From: Ktedonobacterales bacterium
Lineage (GTDB): Bacteria; Chloroflexota; Ktedonobacteria; Ktedonobacterales; JADMIN01
Length of the DNA stretch: 32,000 nt
Direction: 5' to 3'
Assembly: GCA_030167145.1 (NCBI GenBank)
Contig: CP126532.1
Location: 4,800,001 to 4,832,000 of the forward strand
The position numbers and the translations under genes are program-made. Under the pieces are notes generated by a model. It ran no database searches and had not been told where the DNA came from. It saw only the letters and a list, made by a program, of their open reading frames with translations. Shown here piece after piece: positions 18,530-26,367 of the stretch. The first letter of the stretch is position 1. Each line of letters opens with the position of its first letter.

Positions 18530-18867
18530 GGCCGTCATCCGCTTGACGGGCCGGGTCATCACCGGCCATGCCCAGCGGGCGATGGGGTCGAACCGAGGAG
18601 CACGCCATGCAGGCGCGGACCGCGTTCACGAGTTTCATGGGAAACCGCCGTGTCGCCGTCCCCCGCAGCGGCGTGCTCTTTGTGTTTTGGGACCAGCACG
18701 GAGAGCAAACACGCTCGACCATCCACAATGGAGGGGTGAGCGGCCGTCATAGACGGCGGAGATAACAGTCGTATTCCGCGAAGTGCCCACTTCACGGCGC
18801 TGCAATGCGACTCGCTGTCTCCCCAACACATGCCGGCTGCTGGTTTGAGGAGAGAGGGAGTTGCCGA

Positions 18868-19398
18868 ATGCCGGTACTTGTCCTGAATGCCTCCCTTCAA
18901 CCGCTCTCAGTGATCCCTGAGCGCCGCTTGGTGGTGCTGCTCACGAAGAACAAAGTCGCGTTCGTAGATGAGCAGGTGCGCCAGGCGATTGAGGAAGGCA
19001 TCAACGCGCGCCATCTTCCGGCTGATGAGCCGGTCATCGTGCAGTTGCTCGCGAATGTCCGCGTGCCGCGTATGGCACTGCGCCCGACACGCGCGAACAT
19101 CCTGCTGCGCGATGACGACACCTGCCAGTACTGCGGTAAGCACGAGCGCGACCTCACCCTCGATCACATCATCCCGCGGTCGCGCGGCGGGCAGGGCACG
19201 TGGGAAAACCTCGTCGCCTGCTGCCGCGCTTGCAACGGGCGCAAAGGCAACCGCTATCTGAAGGATGTCGGCATGCGCCTCATTCGACAGCCTAAGCCAC
19301 TGGATCACGAGTACGCTGGCTTTTTCTTGCTGCGCTACCCGCGTCTGCGCGAGGCATATCAGGCGTATCTCCTTTCGGCGCAGGTCAAGACCGCCTGA
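18868..19398 (+). CDS. small HNH endonuclease (176 aa)
   Basis: The HNH/zinc-finger core is CQYCGKHERDLTLDHIIPRSRGGQGTWENLVACCRACNGRKGNR. The N-terminus MPVLVLNASLQPLSVIPERRLVVLL is typical of the widespread short HNH family. ATG at 18868 follows GAGGGAG with a 7-nt spacer; the ORF track starts at 18805. Confidence 0.85.
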   Translation: MPVLVLNASLQPLSVIPERRLVVLLTKNKVAFVDEQVRQAIEEGINARHLPADEPVIVQLLANVRVPRMALRPTRANILLRDDDTCQYCGKHERDLTLDHIIPRSRGGQGTWENLVACCRACNGRKGNRYLKDVGMRLIRQPKPLDHEYAGFFLLRYPRLREAYQAYLLSAQVKTA

Positions 19399-19482
19399 GC
19401 CTGCGAGCTTAGCGATACCGCTGAGATGTGCTAGCAGTGCCCGGCAGGCATTCGATTCGCTATTGCTACCGCTATCATTCTT

Positions 19483-19520
19483 ATGCCGCTCCTGAAGAAA
19501 CGGGGCGGCATTCGCGTTTC
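19483..19520 (+). terminator. intrinsic terminator candidate after the HNH gene
   Basis: ATGCCGCTCC (19483-19492) pairs with GGGGCGGCAT (19502-19511): 10 bp including one G-U, with a 9-nt loop. It is followed by TCGCGTTTC, a weak U-tract. Confidence 0.45.
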
Positions 19521-19716
19521 AGCATGATGGGCATGGCATGGTACGCCTCTTGCGCGCTTTGCGTCTAGGACTTTCGATTAGCACACATGGGGTACTTCGG
19601 AGCCGCTGGGAAGGGTGTTTTGCCACATACGGTATAATTATGGATGAGTGAGTACAGAAGGTGAGGCCCGCGCAACGAGGCTGCGAGCCGCTCGGAGGTG
19701 AGCGCCCTCTGGAAAG

Positions 19717-21192
19717 TTGGGTAACTACGTGTCGTCTTCTACACAACATCAATATCTTTGTCTCTATGGTCATTTCTATCAACCGCCGCGTGATGATCCA
19801 TTTACCGGCCAGATTCCGCTAGAGCCAGGCGCGACACCTTATCCAAACTACAATGAAAAAATAACTGTCGAATGCTATCAGCCCAACGCCGAAGCCGGTA
19901 ACTTCGATTCCATCACCTTCGATCTCGGCCCGACACTCGCTGCATGGCTCGAACAGCGCCACCCCGCCGTTTATGTGCGTATCCTTGCGGCAGATAGGCT
20001 GAATGTCGAACGTTACGGTGTGGGCAATGCTCTGGCCCAGGCGTACAACCACACCATCCTGCCGCTCGCCACCTCGCGCGATAAGTACACGCAAATCCGC
20101 TGGGGGTTGGATGACTTCGCCCATCGTTTCGGCCACACTGCAGAGGGTATGTGGCTAGCCGAGACCGCCGTTGACTTGGAAACGCTGACTATCCTCGCGG
20201 ACTGCGGCGTGCGCTATACCGTGTTGGCCCCCTGGCAGACCGCCGCGTCGGTGGATCCCACCGAACCCTACCGGGTTGCGCTCCCTGGTGGCCGCGAAAT
20301 CACCGTCTTCTTCTACAACGGCCCGCTGAGTGGCGGTGTCTCCTTCGACTGGGATACCACGAGCAACGCCGATACTTTTGCCGCCGCGTTTCTGCCGAAT
20401 CATCTCAACGCGAAGAAGACCGCGAGCGCTACCAATCAGATGGTACTCGTCGCTACGGATGGCGAACTCTACGGCCACCACAAACCGTGGCGCGACCGCT
20501 TCCTCTCGCATCTGGTGCGCGAAGGCGCGCAGGCCTATGGCTTCGAGGTAACAACGTTGGGCCGCTATCTGCGCGACCATCCGCCCACATGCGAAGTTGA
20601 ACTTCAGGTGCCCAGCGCTTGGAGTTGCTCGCACGGGGTCGCCCGCTGGCGCGAGGGTTGCGACTGTACTGAGGGAGACTCCGCCTGGAAACCTGCGCTC
20701 CGTGGCGCATTGGAACATTTGGCGCTGCGACTCGACGAGGTGTTCACGGGTGCGACTGCGCCGATGCTCGCCGACCCCTGGGCGGCGCGCAATGGCTATC
20801 TCGCCCTGCGCAACGGTTGGCAGAGCGCGCATGAATTCTGGGAGCAGTTCGGCACAAACGACGGGCGCCCGCTCAGCGCGACCGCCCAGCACCAGGCTGA
20901 GCAATTGCTCGAAGCGCAGTATTTCGGCCAGTGCATGTTCACGAGTTGCGGCTTCTTCTTCGAGGATCTGGACCGTATTGAGCCGCGCAACGACATCGCC
21001 TTCGCGCGCCGCGCGATTAGCCTCGTCTGGCAGGCTGCACAGGTGAACCTGGAGGCCGACTTCGTGCGCACGCTCGCCGAAGCGCAAAGCTGGCACACCC
21101 CTGGCTTGACCGGCGCGGACATCTATCGCCAGTTGCCACCCGTCGCGCCTGGCCTGCTCCCCGACAAAACGCAAGCCGACCCCGCCGCGTAG
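19717..21192 (+). CDS. glycoside hydrolase family 57 / DUF3536 protein
   Basis: YLCLYGHFYQPPRDDPF (the GH57 region-1 motif), ATDGELYGHH (nucleophile Glu region) and the C-terminal CGFFFEDLDRIEPRNDIAFARRAI (DUF3536-like). The start is either TTG 19717 or GTG 19729. Confidence 0.75.
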   Translation: MGNYVSSSTQHQYLCLYGHFYQPPRDDPFTGQIPLEPGATPYPNYNEKITVECYQPNAEAGNFDSITFDLGPTLAAWLEQRHPAVYVRILAADRLNVERYGVGNALAQAYNHTILPLATSRDKYTQIRWGLDDFAHRFGHTAEGMWLAETAVDLETLTILADCGVRYTVLAPWQTAASVDPTEPYRVALPGGREITVFFYNGPLSGGVSFDWDTTSNADTFAAAFLPNHLNAKKTASATNQMVLVATDGELYGHHKPWRDRFLSHLVREGAQAYGFEVTTLGRYLRDHPPTCEVELQVPSAWSCSHGVARWREGCDCTEGDSAWKPALRGALEHLALRLDEVFTGATAPMLADPWAARNGYLALRNGWQSAHEFWEQFGTNDGRPLSATAQHQAEQLLEAQYFGQCMFTSCGFFFEDLDRIEPRNDIAFARRAISLVWQAAQVNLEADFVRTLAEAQSWHTPGLTGADIYRQLPPVAPGLLPDKTQADPAA

Positions 21193-21207
21193 TTGCGCTG
21201 GCCATGC

Positions 21208-21666
21208 TCATTCGCGCTTGTGGCCATGCGCCACATAGCGCCCGGAGAAGGCCACTGCGAGTTTGCCCTCCTGTAGCACTTCCACGGCAAGCTCCAGGCG
21301 TGCCTTGCCCCGGCTGCGCAGTGTCGCCACGAAGCGCGCGATCTCCTCGGCGCTGGGCTTCTGGCACCGCGCGATGAAGTCGTCGCGCACGGGCAGCACA
21401 TACCGCGTATCGCTGCGCTGAATGACAATCGTGCCCGCCAGATCCGTGTCATCCAGCAGTAGCCAGATCAGTCCCCAGCCCGCCAGTGTCATCACCGCGT
21501 TCAGGCTACCGGCGAAGGCAGTGGATTTGTGGTTGATATTCGGCGCGATGGGCGCGCGTAGTGTCAGGCACTGACCGTCATAGCTCTCGACCTTCAGGCC
21601 AAGATGACGGGTGAGCGGAATTTCATGATGCAGGATGGATTGAAGCGTGTGCAAGCGATCATGCAT
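21208..21666 (-). CDS. YiiD C-terminal-type (hotdog-fold) thioesterase
   Basis: LHHEIPLTRHLGLKV...LRAPIAPNINHKSTAFAGSLNAVMTLAGWGLIWL matches my recollection of the YiiD_C thioesterase domain. The ATG at 21666 gives the usual length of about 150 aa; the ORF track extends to 21852. Confidence 0.6.
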   Translation of the reverse strand: MHDRLHTLQSILHHEIPLTRHLGLKVESYDGQCLTLRAPIAPNINHKSTAFAGSLNAVMTLAGWGLIWLLLDDTDLAGTIVIQRSDTRYVLPVRDDFIARCQKPSAEEIARFVATLRSRGKARLELAVEVLQEGKLAVAFSGRYVAHGHKRE

Positions 21667-21956
21667 GCTGTTCTTTGGCGTTTCCTCGCGAAATGATTTG
21701 TGAGACTGCTCGCCGCTACCGTACCACGTCACATGCTTACACGCAATGCCAACAACCGGCGTCAGAAAGTCACGCGCCGTGATAAACCGCATGGGGTATG
21801 GGGTTGAGTAGCATAGCGTGTGCGTGCTATCCTTTCTGAAGTTTGGTTGCACGGCGTGGTTTCACGACCTCTGGCGTTTTGGGATATTGCTATACCATCC
21901 CGCGCGCTCTCCGCAGCCTCCCTATTCCATTTCCCTACCCATAGACGGAGCATCGT

Positions 21957-23306
21957 GTGGCAACAGGAGCGCGTATCTCGGCGAAGCGCCCGGCGCTACC
22001 GTGGTGGAACTTCACCATGCTGGGCGCAGATATCGCCTTCTTCAGTCTGGGGCTGGCGATCTCTTCCGCCTACACCGTGCTGCCGCTTTTCGTACACCAT
22101 CTGACGGCGGACAACGTCGCCGTAGCGATGATTCCGGCGATTCGGGCGCTCGGCCTCTACGGTCCACAGCTCCTTGTCGCCGCGCATGTGGAACGCCGCA
22201 AGCATGCGCTGCCCTTCATCTTGGTGGCTACCATCCTTGAACGTGTGCCGTATCTGCTGCTCGCCTTTGGTGCGCTCTGGCTGGCTGGCGATCATCCTTC
22301 ACTGCTGCTCGGCCTCTTCTTCGTCATGATCTTCCTGGCGTTGCTGGGTGGTGGCCTCACTTATCCCGCCTGGCTCGACCTGATCTCGCGCGCCATCCCA
22401 AGCAACTGGATTGGCCGGTTTCTTGGCTTCTGGACCGGCGCCGGGGGCATCCTCGGCATCGGCGGCACGGTTATCGCCGCTGCAATCCTCAAGACTGTTG
22501 CCTGGCCACTCAACTTCGCCTTGTGTTTCGCACTTACCTTCGCGGCGATGGTGATCTCGTTTGTGCTGCTGGCACTGGGCCGCGAACCTGAGCGAACTGT
22601 CCGTGTCGCGCCAGCGCAGCATAGCGGCCTTTCATCGTCCTCGGCAATCCCCGCGCGAGCGCCGGTGAAAGCGAACCTGCGGCGACAAGCGCGCGAACTA
22701 TGGGAATTGGTGCGCAATGATGATGCGCTGCGTCGCTTGTTGCTGAGCAATGGCCTGGTGGGCTTCTCCACGATGGCAAGCGCACTCTTTGCCGTCTCGG
22801 CACTCAAGCTCGGTGGACTCAGCGATGCGCAGGTCGGGGCCGAAAGCACCGTCCTCTTTATTGCTATGACCGCTGGCAATTTCTTGTGGGGTGCGATTGG
22901 TGACCACTTTGGCCATCGTGCGATCCTGATCTGGAGTTCGCTATGCGCCGCGCTCTCGGCTCTGCTGGCGCTGGGCGCGCATGGGTTTTGGGCGTATGCG
23001 CTGGTGTTCCTGGTTCTGGGTCTGAATATCTCTGGTGTTCAGCTTGCGGGCTTCACCCTCATCACCGAATTTGGCCCAGTAGAACGGCGTCCTACGTATG
23101 TTGCCCTGGCGTCGGTCGCCTATGCGCCCTTTGCAATTGGTGCGCCGATTCTCGGCGGCATCCTGGCCGATCGCTGGGGTTATCCCGCCGTATTCGTCCT
23201 CACTGCCCTCGCCGCGCTCGCGGCGATGTTCGCCTTTCGCTTCTGGGTTCCCGACCCGCGAAGGGCAGCTACATATGGGATGGCCGATCCAAGCGAGCCG
23301 CACTAG
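21957..23306 (+). CDS. MFS transporter
   Basis: 449 aa with 12 predicted helices in a 6+6 arrangement, separated by a central hydrophilic loop (EPERTVRVAPAQHSGLSSSSAIPARAPVKANLRRQAREL). GTG at 21957 follows ACGGAG with a 6-nt spacer. Confidence 0.8.
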   Translation: MATGARISAKRPALPWWNFTMLGADIAFFSLGLAISSAYTVLPLFVHHLTADNVAVAMIPAIRALGLYGPQLLVAAHVERRKHALPFILVATILERVPYLLLAFGALWLAGDHPSLLLGLFFVMIFLALLGGGLTYPAWLDLISRAIPSNWIGRFLGFWTGAGGILGIGGTVIAAAILKTVAWPLNFALCFALTFAAMVISFVLLALGREPERTVRVAPAQHSGLSSSSAIPARAPVKANLRRQARELWELVRNDDALRRLLLSNGLVGFSTMASALFAVSALKLGGLSDAQVGAESTVLFIAMTAGNFLWGAIGDHFGHRAILIWSSLCAALSALLALGAHGFWAYALVFLVLGLNISGVQLAGFTLITEFGPVERRPTYVALASVAYAPFAIGAPILGGILADRWGYPAVFVLTALAALAAMFAFRFWVPDPRRAATYGMADPSEPH

Positions 23307-23806
23307 CCAGCATGATCATATCGCGGACTGCGTGTGGCGTCAGGTGGCCGTGTGAGGTCGAGTTCCATGTAGATCGCACCAGGGATGGGAACAGCATGGT
23401 ACGGTGGGATTCCGTAGAAGCCAGAGGCGCGGTAGAGATGAACGGCGGCGCGCAAGGCCGGAAGGGTGTCCAGGCGCATGCGCTGATAGCCAAGCGCACG
23501 AGCCTCAGCGATGATCGCGATGACCAACGCTCTGCCGACCTGCTGCCCCCGGTAGGCGGGGCGAACATAGAGGCGTTTCATCTCGCATAGGGCGCTGTCT
23601 GCCTGAGGACGCAAGGCGACACATCCAGCAGGCTGTTCATCCACCAGCGCAAGGAGGAGCCGTCCATGTGGCGGGCCATACGCGCCAGGGAGGCTCGCTA
23701 ATTCAGCGTCGAAGGCCAGGATGCCAGGCGTAGCGATATGTTCGGAGAGGAGCTGGCACACTATCGCGATGCGCTCCGGCTTTTCCGCATGCGAAATCTG
23801 AACCAT
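23303..23806 (-). CDS. GNAT family N-acetyltransferase
   Basis: The acetyl-CoA-binding motif is LYVRPAYRGQQVGRALV, followed by MRLDT and LYRASGF. ATG at 23806 follows AGGGGAGG. The ORF-track extension to 24130 overlaps the LysE gene. Confidence 0.8.
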   Translation of the reverse strand: MVQISHAEKPERIAIVCQLLSEHIATPGILAFDAELASLPGAYGPPHGRLLLALVDEQPAGCVALRPQADSALCEMKRLYVRPAYRGQQVGRALVIAIIAEARALGYQRMRLDTLPALRAAVHLYRASGFYGIPPYHAVPIPGAIYMELDLTRPPDATRSPRYDHAG

Positions 23807-23822
23807 TATGCCTCCCCTATTC

Positions 23823-24431
23823 TCAAATGGTGAACAGCGTATAGATACCGAAACCCAGGAGTAGCATACCGGAGGCGACGTTGACCCAGCGGAGCGCGCG
23901 GAGCGTGAAGCGGCCGCGCAACAGATTGACGCCGCCGCTGAGGATGAACCACCACAGAGTGGAACCGAAGAAGACGCCAGCCGTGACCGCCGCAGCCGGT
24001 CCGTAACCGCCAACATGGTTGTTGACAATGCCCAGTCCGGCGAAGATGACGACGAACGAAAGGATGGTGAGCGGATTCGTGAGGGTGAGAAAAAGGGTAG
24101 AACTATACGCGCCAGCCAAGCTGCTTCCACTGGTTTCGGCAGCGCGTTCGGCTGGCTGGCTGAGGGCGGTGCGCAGGCCGAGGTAGCAGAGAAACGCGCC
24201 CCCGATTAGATGCAGCCAGAGGCGTTGGCCAGTGAGGATGTCTGACACGGCGGTGAGGCCGAAGGCAGCTACGCCGCCGTAGAACATGTCGGCAGTTGCC
24301 GCGCCCATGCCGGAGACTAAGCCGACAGCACGGCCCATCACCAGTGTACGGCGGATGCAGAGCACGCCGATAGGCCCGACCGGCGCGGCGATGGCGAGGC
24401 CAAGCAGCAGCCCGCGCAGAAACACATCCAT
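23823..24431 (-). CDS. LysE/RhtB family amino-acid exporter
   Basis: MDVFLRGLLLGLAIAAPVGPIGVLCIRRTL is the typical LysE N-terminus. The product is 202 aa with about six TM helices. ATG at 24431 follows GGAAGG with a 6-nt spacer. The ORF-track extension to 24509 would run into the tRNA gene. Confidence 0.8.
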   Translation of the reverse strand: MDVFLRGLLLGLAIAAPVGPIGVLCIRRTLVMGRAVGLVSGMGAATADMFYGGVAAFGLTAVSDILTGQRLWLHLIGGAFLCYLGLRTALSQPAERAAETSGSSLAGAYSSTLFLTLTNPLTILSFVVIFAGLGIVNNHVGGYGPAAAVTAGVFFGSTLWWFILSGGVNLLRGRFTLRALRWVNVASGMLLLGFGIYTLFTI

Positions 24432-24464
24432 ACAGCGCCTTCCTTTCTTGCCCATTATGAATCT

Positions 24465-24540
24465 TGGCATGTCCGAAGGGAATCGAACCCTTGACCCCCG
24501 GCTCCGCAAACCGGCGCTCTCTCCACTGAGCTACGGGCAT
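24465..24540 (-). tRNA. tRNA-Arg (anticodon GCG), CCA encoded
   Basis: Manual cloverleaf on the minus strand:
- acceptor ATGCCCG/CGGACAT (with a C4-A69 mismatch)
- TA at 8-9
- D arm GCTC-AGTGGAGA-GAGC
- anticodon arm CCGGT-TTGCGGA-GCCGG
- variable loop GGGTC
- T arm AAGGG-TTCGATT-CCCTT
- discriminator G, then CCA
Total 76 nt. Confidence 0.8.
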
Positions 24541-24562
24541 AGACGCACCTAAGGGCGTTCGG

Positions 24563-24636
24563 CGCCTCCGACGGGAGTTGAACCCGCCACTTTCCGCTCG
24601 ACAGGCGGATGTGCAATACCGCTACACTTCGGAGGC
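24563..24636 (-). tRNA. tRNA-Asp (anticodon GTC), CCA not encoded
   Basis: Manual cloverleaf on the minus strand:
- acceptor GCCTCCG/CGGAGGC
- AA at positions 8-9
- D arm GTGT-AGCGGTATT-GCAC
- anticodon arm TCCGC-CTGTCGA-GCGGA
- variable loop AAGTG
- T arm GCGGG-TTCAACT-CCCGT
- discriminator G
Total 74 nt. Confidence 0.8.
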
Positions 24637-24648
24637 ATGTAAGACAAC

Positions 24649-24686
24649 AAAAAACGCGCGTGCCGCTTGTCATGCGGTTCGCGCGT
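24649..24686 (-). terminator. Rho-independent terminator oriented for minus-strand transcripts
   Basis: On the minus strand, ACGCGCG...CGCGCGT forms 7 bp (24680-24686 with 24654-24660), and inner CCGC/GCGG forms 4 bp around a 7-nt loop. A TTTTTT run follows immediately (plus-strand A-run 24649-24654). Confidence 0.6.
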
Positions 24687-25072
24687 GCCTGATGGTGGAT
24701 TCTTGCCAATTTGCCTCGTCTACGTTCCCAGACATTTCACCGCCTGGGCCGCGAGGCCATTACGGCTGGTGTGGGATACCGAAGAGGAGGCGAGCCACCA
24801 GGCTCGCGCGCCCCTGTGCGTCACGCTGACGCCGCTGCTGCCGCGTTCGCTGCTGTGTCGGACGCATGCCGACGAGCGCACGCGGCTGTGTATCGCGGCG
24901 CTGCTGATCGGCGAATTGTCGGTGGCTGAACGCGAACATCTTGATATCCCTTACCAGGATGGGCATCCATTAGTTGACCAAATAGTGCAAACAGCAGTCT
25001 ACCAAACGCCGTGTGGGTTGTCAAGCAGGCGAACTTCAATGCACCGGCCCGACGCGTGTTTCGAGCAGACCA

Positions 25073-26356
25073 TCAGGTAAATGCTGATGCACCCTCGATC
25101 AACTCCGCGACGGTCGCCAGGAATTGCGCGCCGCGTGCGCCATCCACCACGCGATGATCGCACGAAAGGGTGAGCGTCAGCATGGACCGCACAGTAGGTT
25201 GCCCGTTGACCGGAACGATACGGTCGGCCACGCGTCCGACAGCCAGGATCGCCACCTGGGGCGCGTTGATGATCGCATTGAAGGCATCTATGCCATACAT
25301 GCCGAGATTGCTGATGGTGAAGGTGCCATCTTGCAAGTCGCGCAGGCGCAGCTTTCCCACCTGAGCACGGCTCACCAGATCGGTTCGACGCCTGGCGATG
25401 CCGTTGAGTGTCAGGTCGTCGGCCTGATGGATGACCGGGACGATCAACCCGTCTTCGACGGCGACCGCCAGCCCGATGTTGACCTCGTCGTTGAGGCGAA
25501 TGTTTCCGTCAGTCCAGGAGGCGTTGAGGCGCGGATGGCGGCGCAATGCCTCCGCCACAATCTTGATGAGCAGGTCAGAAAAGGTAATCTTCTCTGTGGC
25601 TTGTTGCGCGGCCCGCTCGCGCCAGGCAACGAGCTGACCGGCGTCCACTTCGCGGGCCAAAAAGAAATGTGGAATGGTGGTCCAGCTTTGGGTGGTGCGC
25701 TCGGCCATGAGGCGCCACGTGGTGCTCATGGTTGGGGCATCGGGCTGGCTAAGTGTGGACCGCTGTTGCTGTGCTGGCGCTGTTGTCACAGTCATCGCGC
25801 TTGGCGTCATAACCGTGGTACTCGCAGATTGCACGGCTGAAGTCGAAGCCGCCAGTACATCCGCTGCCAGCACCACTCCACCCGGTCCAGTGCCACGGAG
25901 TGTGGCGATGTCAAGGCCACATTCCGAAGCCATGCGCCGTGCCTTGGGTGAAGCCAAACGCCGGCCATTGCTTCCCGACATCGCCCCGACAGTGGTAGGG
26001 TTGACTCCCATATTGGTGAAGCTATCCGCAGGGGCGAGAGGCGCTGAGGTAGTGGACGCTGCTGTTGAGTCCGCACCAGCGGTGGCTGCGGGCGTGGTCG
26101 CAATGTTCGCGGTCTCGCCGTCTGCCAAGATCACCGCGATCACTTGTGCCACCGGTACCTCGTCTCCCGCAGCGGCGGTGATTCTGGCCAGAATACCGCT
26201 TGCTGGCGCCTCAAGGTCTACGGCAGCCTTGTCGGTCTCGATCACCACCAGTGGCTCCCCCTGGGTAACATATTCGCCCTCGGTCTTGAGCCACTCGACA
26301 ATTTTTCCGGTATCCTGCGCCATACCCAGGACTGGTAAGATTACATCTGTTGCCAT
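25073..26356 (-). CDS. 2-oxoacid dehydrogenase complex E2 (dihydrolipoamide acyltransferase)
   Basis: Four regions are recognisable:
- an N-terminal lipoyl domain (VVIETDKAAVDLEAP);
- an Ala/Thr/Ser-rich linker;
- the peripheral-subunit-binding domain (ASPKARRMASECGLDIATLRGTGPGGVVLAADV);
- the catalytic domain, ending in the LSCDHRVVDGA motif. Confidence 0.9.
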   Translation of the reverse strand: MATDVILPVLGMAQDTGKIVEWLKTEGEYVTQGEPLVVIETDKAAVDLEAPASGILARITAAAGDEVPVAQVIAVILADGETANIATTPAATAGADSTAASTTSAPLAPADSFTNMGVNPTTVGAMSGSNGRRLASPKARRMASECGLDIATLRGTGPGGVVLAADVLAASTSAVQSASTTVMTPSAMTVTTAPAQQQRSTLSQPDAPTMSTTWRLMAERTTQSWTTIPHFFLAREVDAGQLVAWRERAAQQATEKITFSDLLIKIVAEALRRHPRLNASWTDGNIRLNDEVNIGLAVAVEDGLIVPVIHQADDLTLNGIARRRTDLVSRAQVGKLRLRDLQDGTFTISNLGMYGIDAFNAIINAPQVAILAVGRVADRIVPVNGQPTVRSMLTLTLSCDHRVVDGARGAQFLATVAELIEGASAFT

Positions 26357-26367
26357 TCGTGGCTCCC

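Noticed and set aside
18580-18602. GGGGTCGAACCGAGG resembling a minus-strand tRNA T-arm just downstream of tRNA-Pro
   Set aside because: The putative T-stem does not pair (CTCGG against CCATC), and no remaining cloverleaf can be built.
18530-18867. Possibility that the spacer before the HNH gene is a HEARO / IscB omega-RNA
   Set aside because: The HNH protein is only 176 aa and has no RuvC-like segments, so it is not IscB-like. I cannot recognise HEARO features by eye. The idea is kept only as a generic candidate leader in the findings.
18453-18900. Integrative element or attachment site at tRNA-Pro or at the tRNA-Asp/Arg pair
   Set aside because: The window contains no integrase, excisionase or phage genes. 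I found no direct repeat of a tRNA 3' end. Flanking genes look like ordinary chromosomal functions.
20155-21174. 339-codon ORF antisense to the GH57/DUF3536 gene
   Set aside because: It is Arg/Ala/Gly-rich with no recognisable motif and lies entirely inside a well-supported gene. This is the typical shadow ORF of GC-rich DNA, where stop codons are rare in the antisense frame.
23303-23306. Convergent MFS and GNAT genes overlap by 4 nt through a palindromic CTAG that supplies both stop codons
   Set aside because: This is a real feature of the sequence but a trivial consequence of compact convergent genes, with no functional implication I can support.
23807-24130. N-terminal extension of the GNAT ORF (track ORF 23303-24130)
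   Set aside because: The extension is Ser/Arg-rich low-complexity sequence and overlaps the LysE gene in another frame. The ATG at 23806 has a strong AGGGGAGG RBS and gives a normal 167-aa GNAT.
24432-24509. N-terminal extension of the LysE ORF
   Set aside because: It would overlap the tRNA-Arg gene. The ATG at 24431 has a good RBS and yields the canonical LysE N-terminus.
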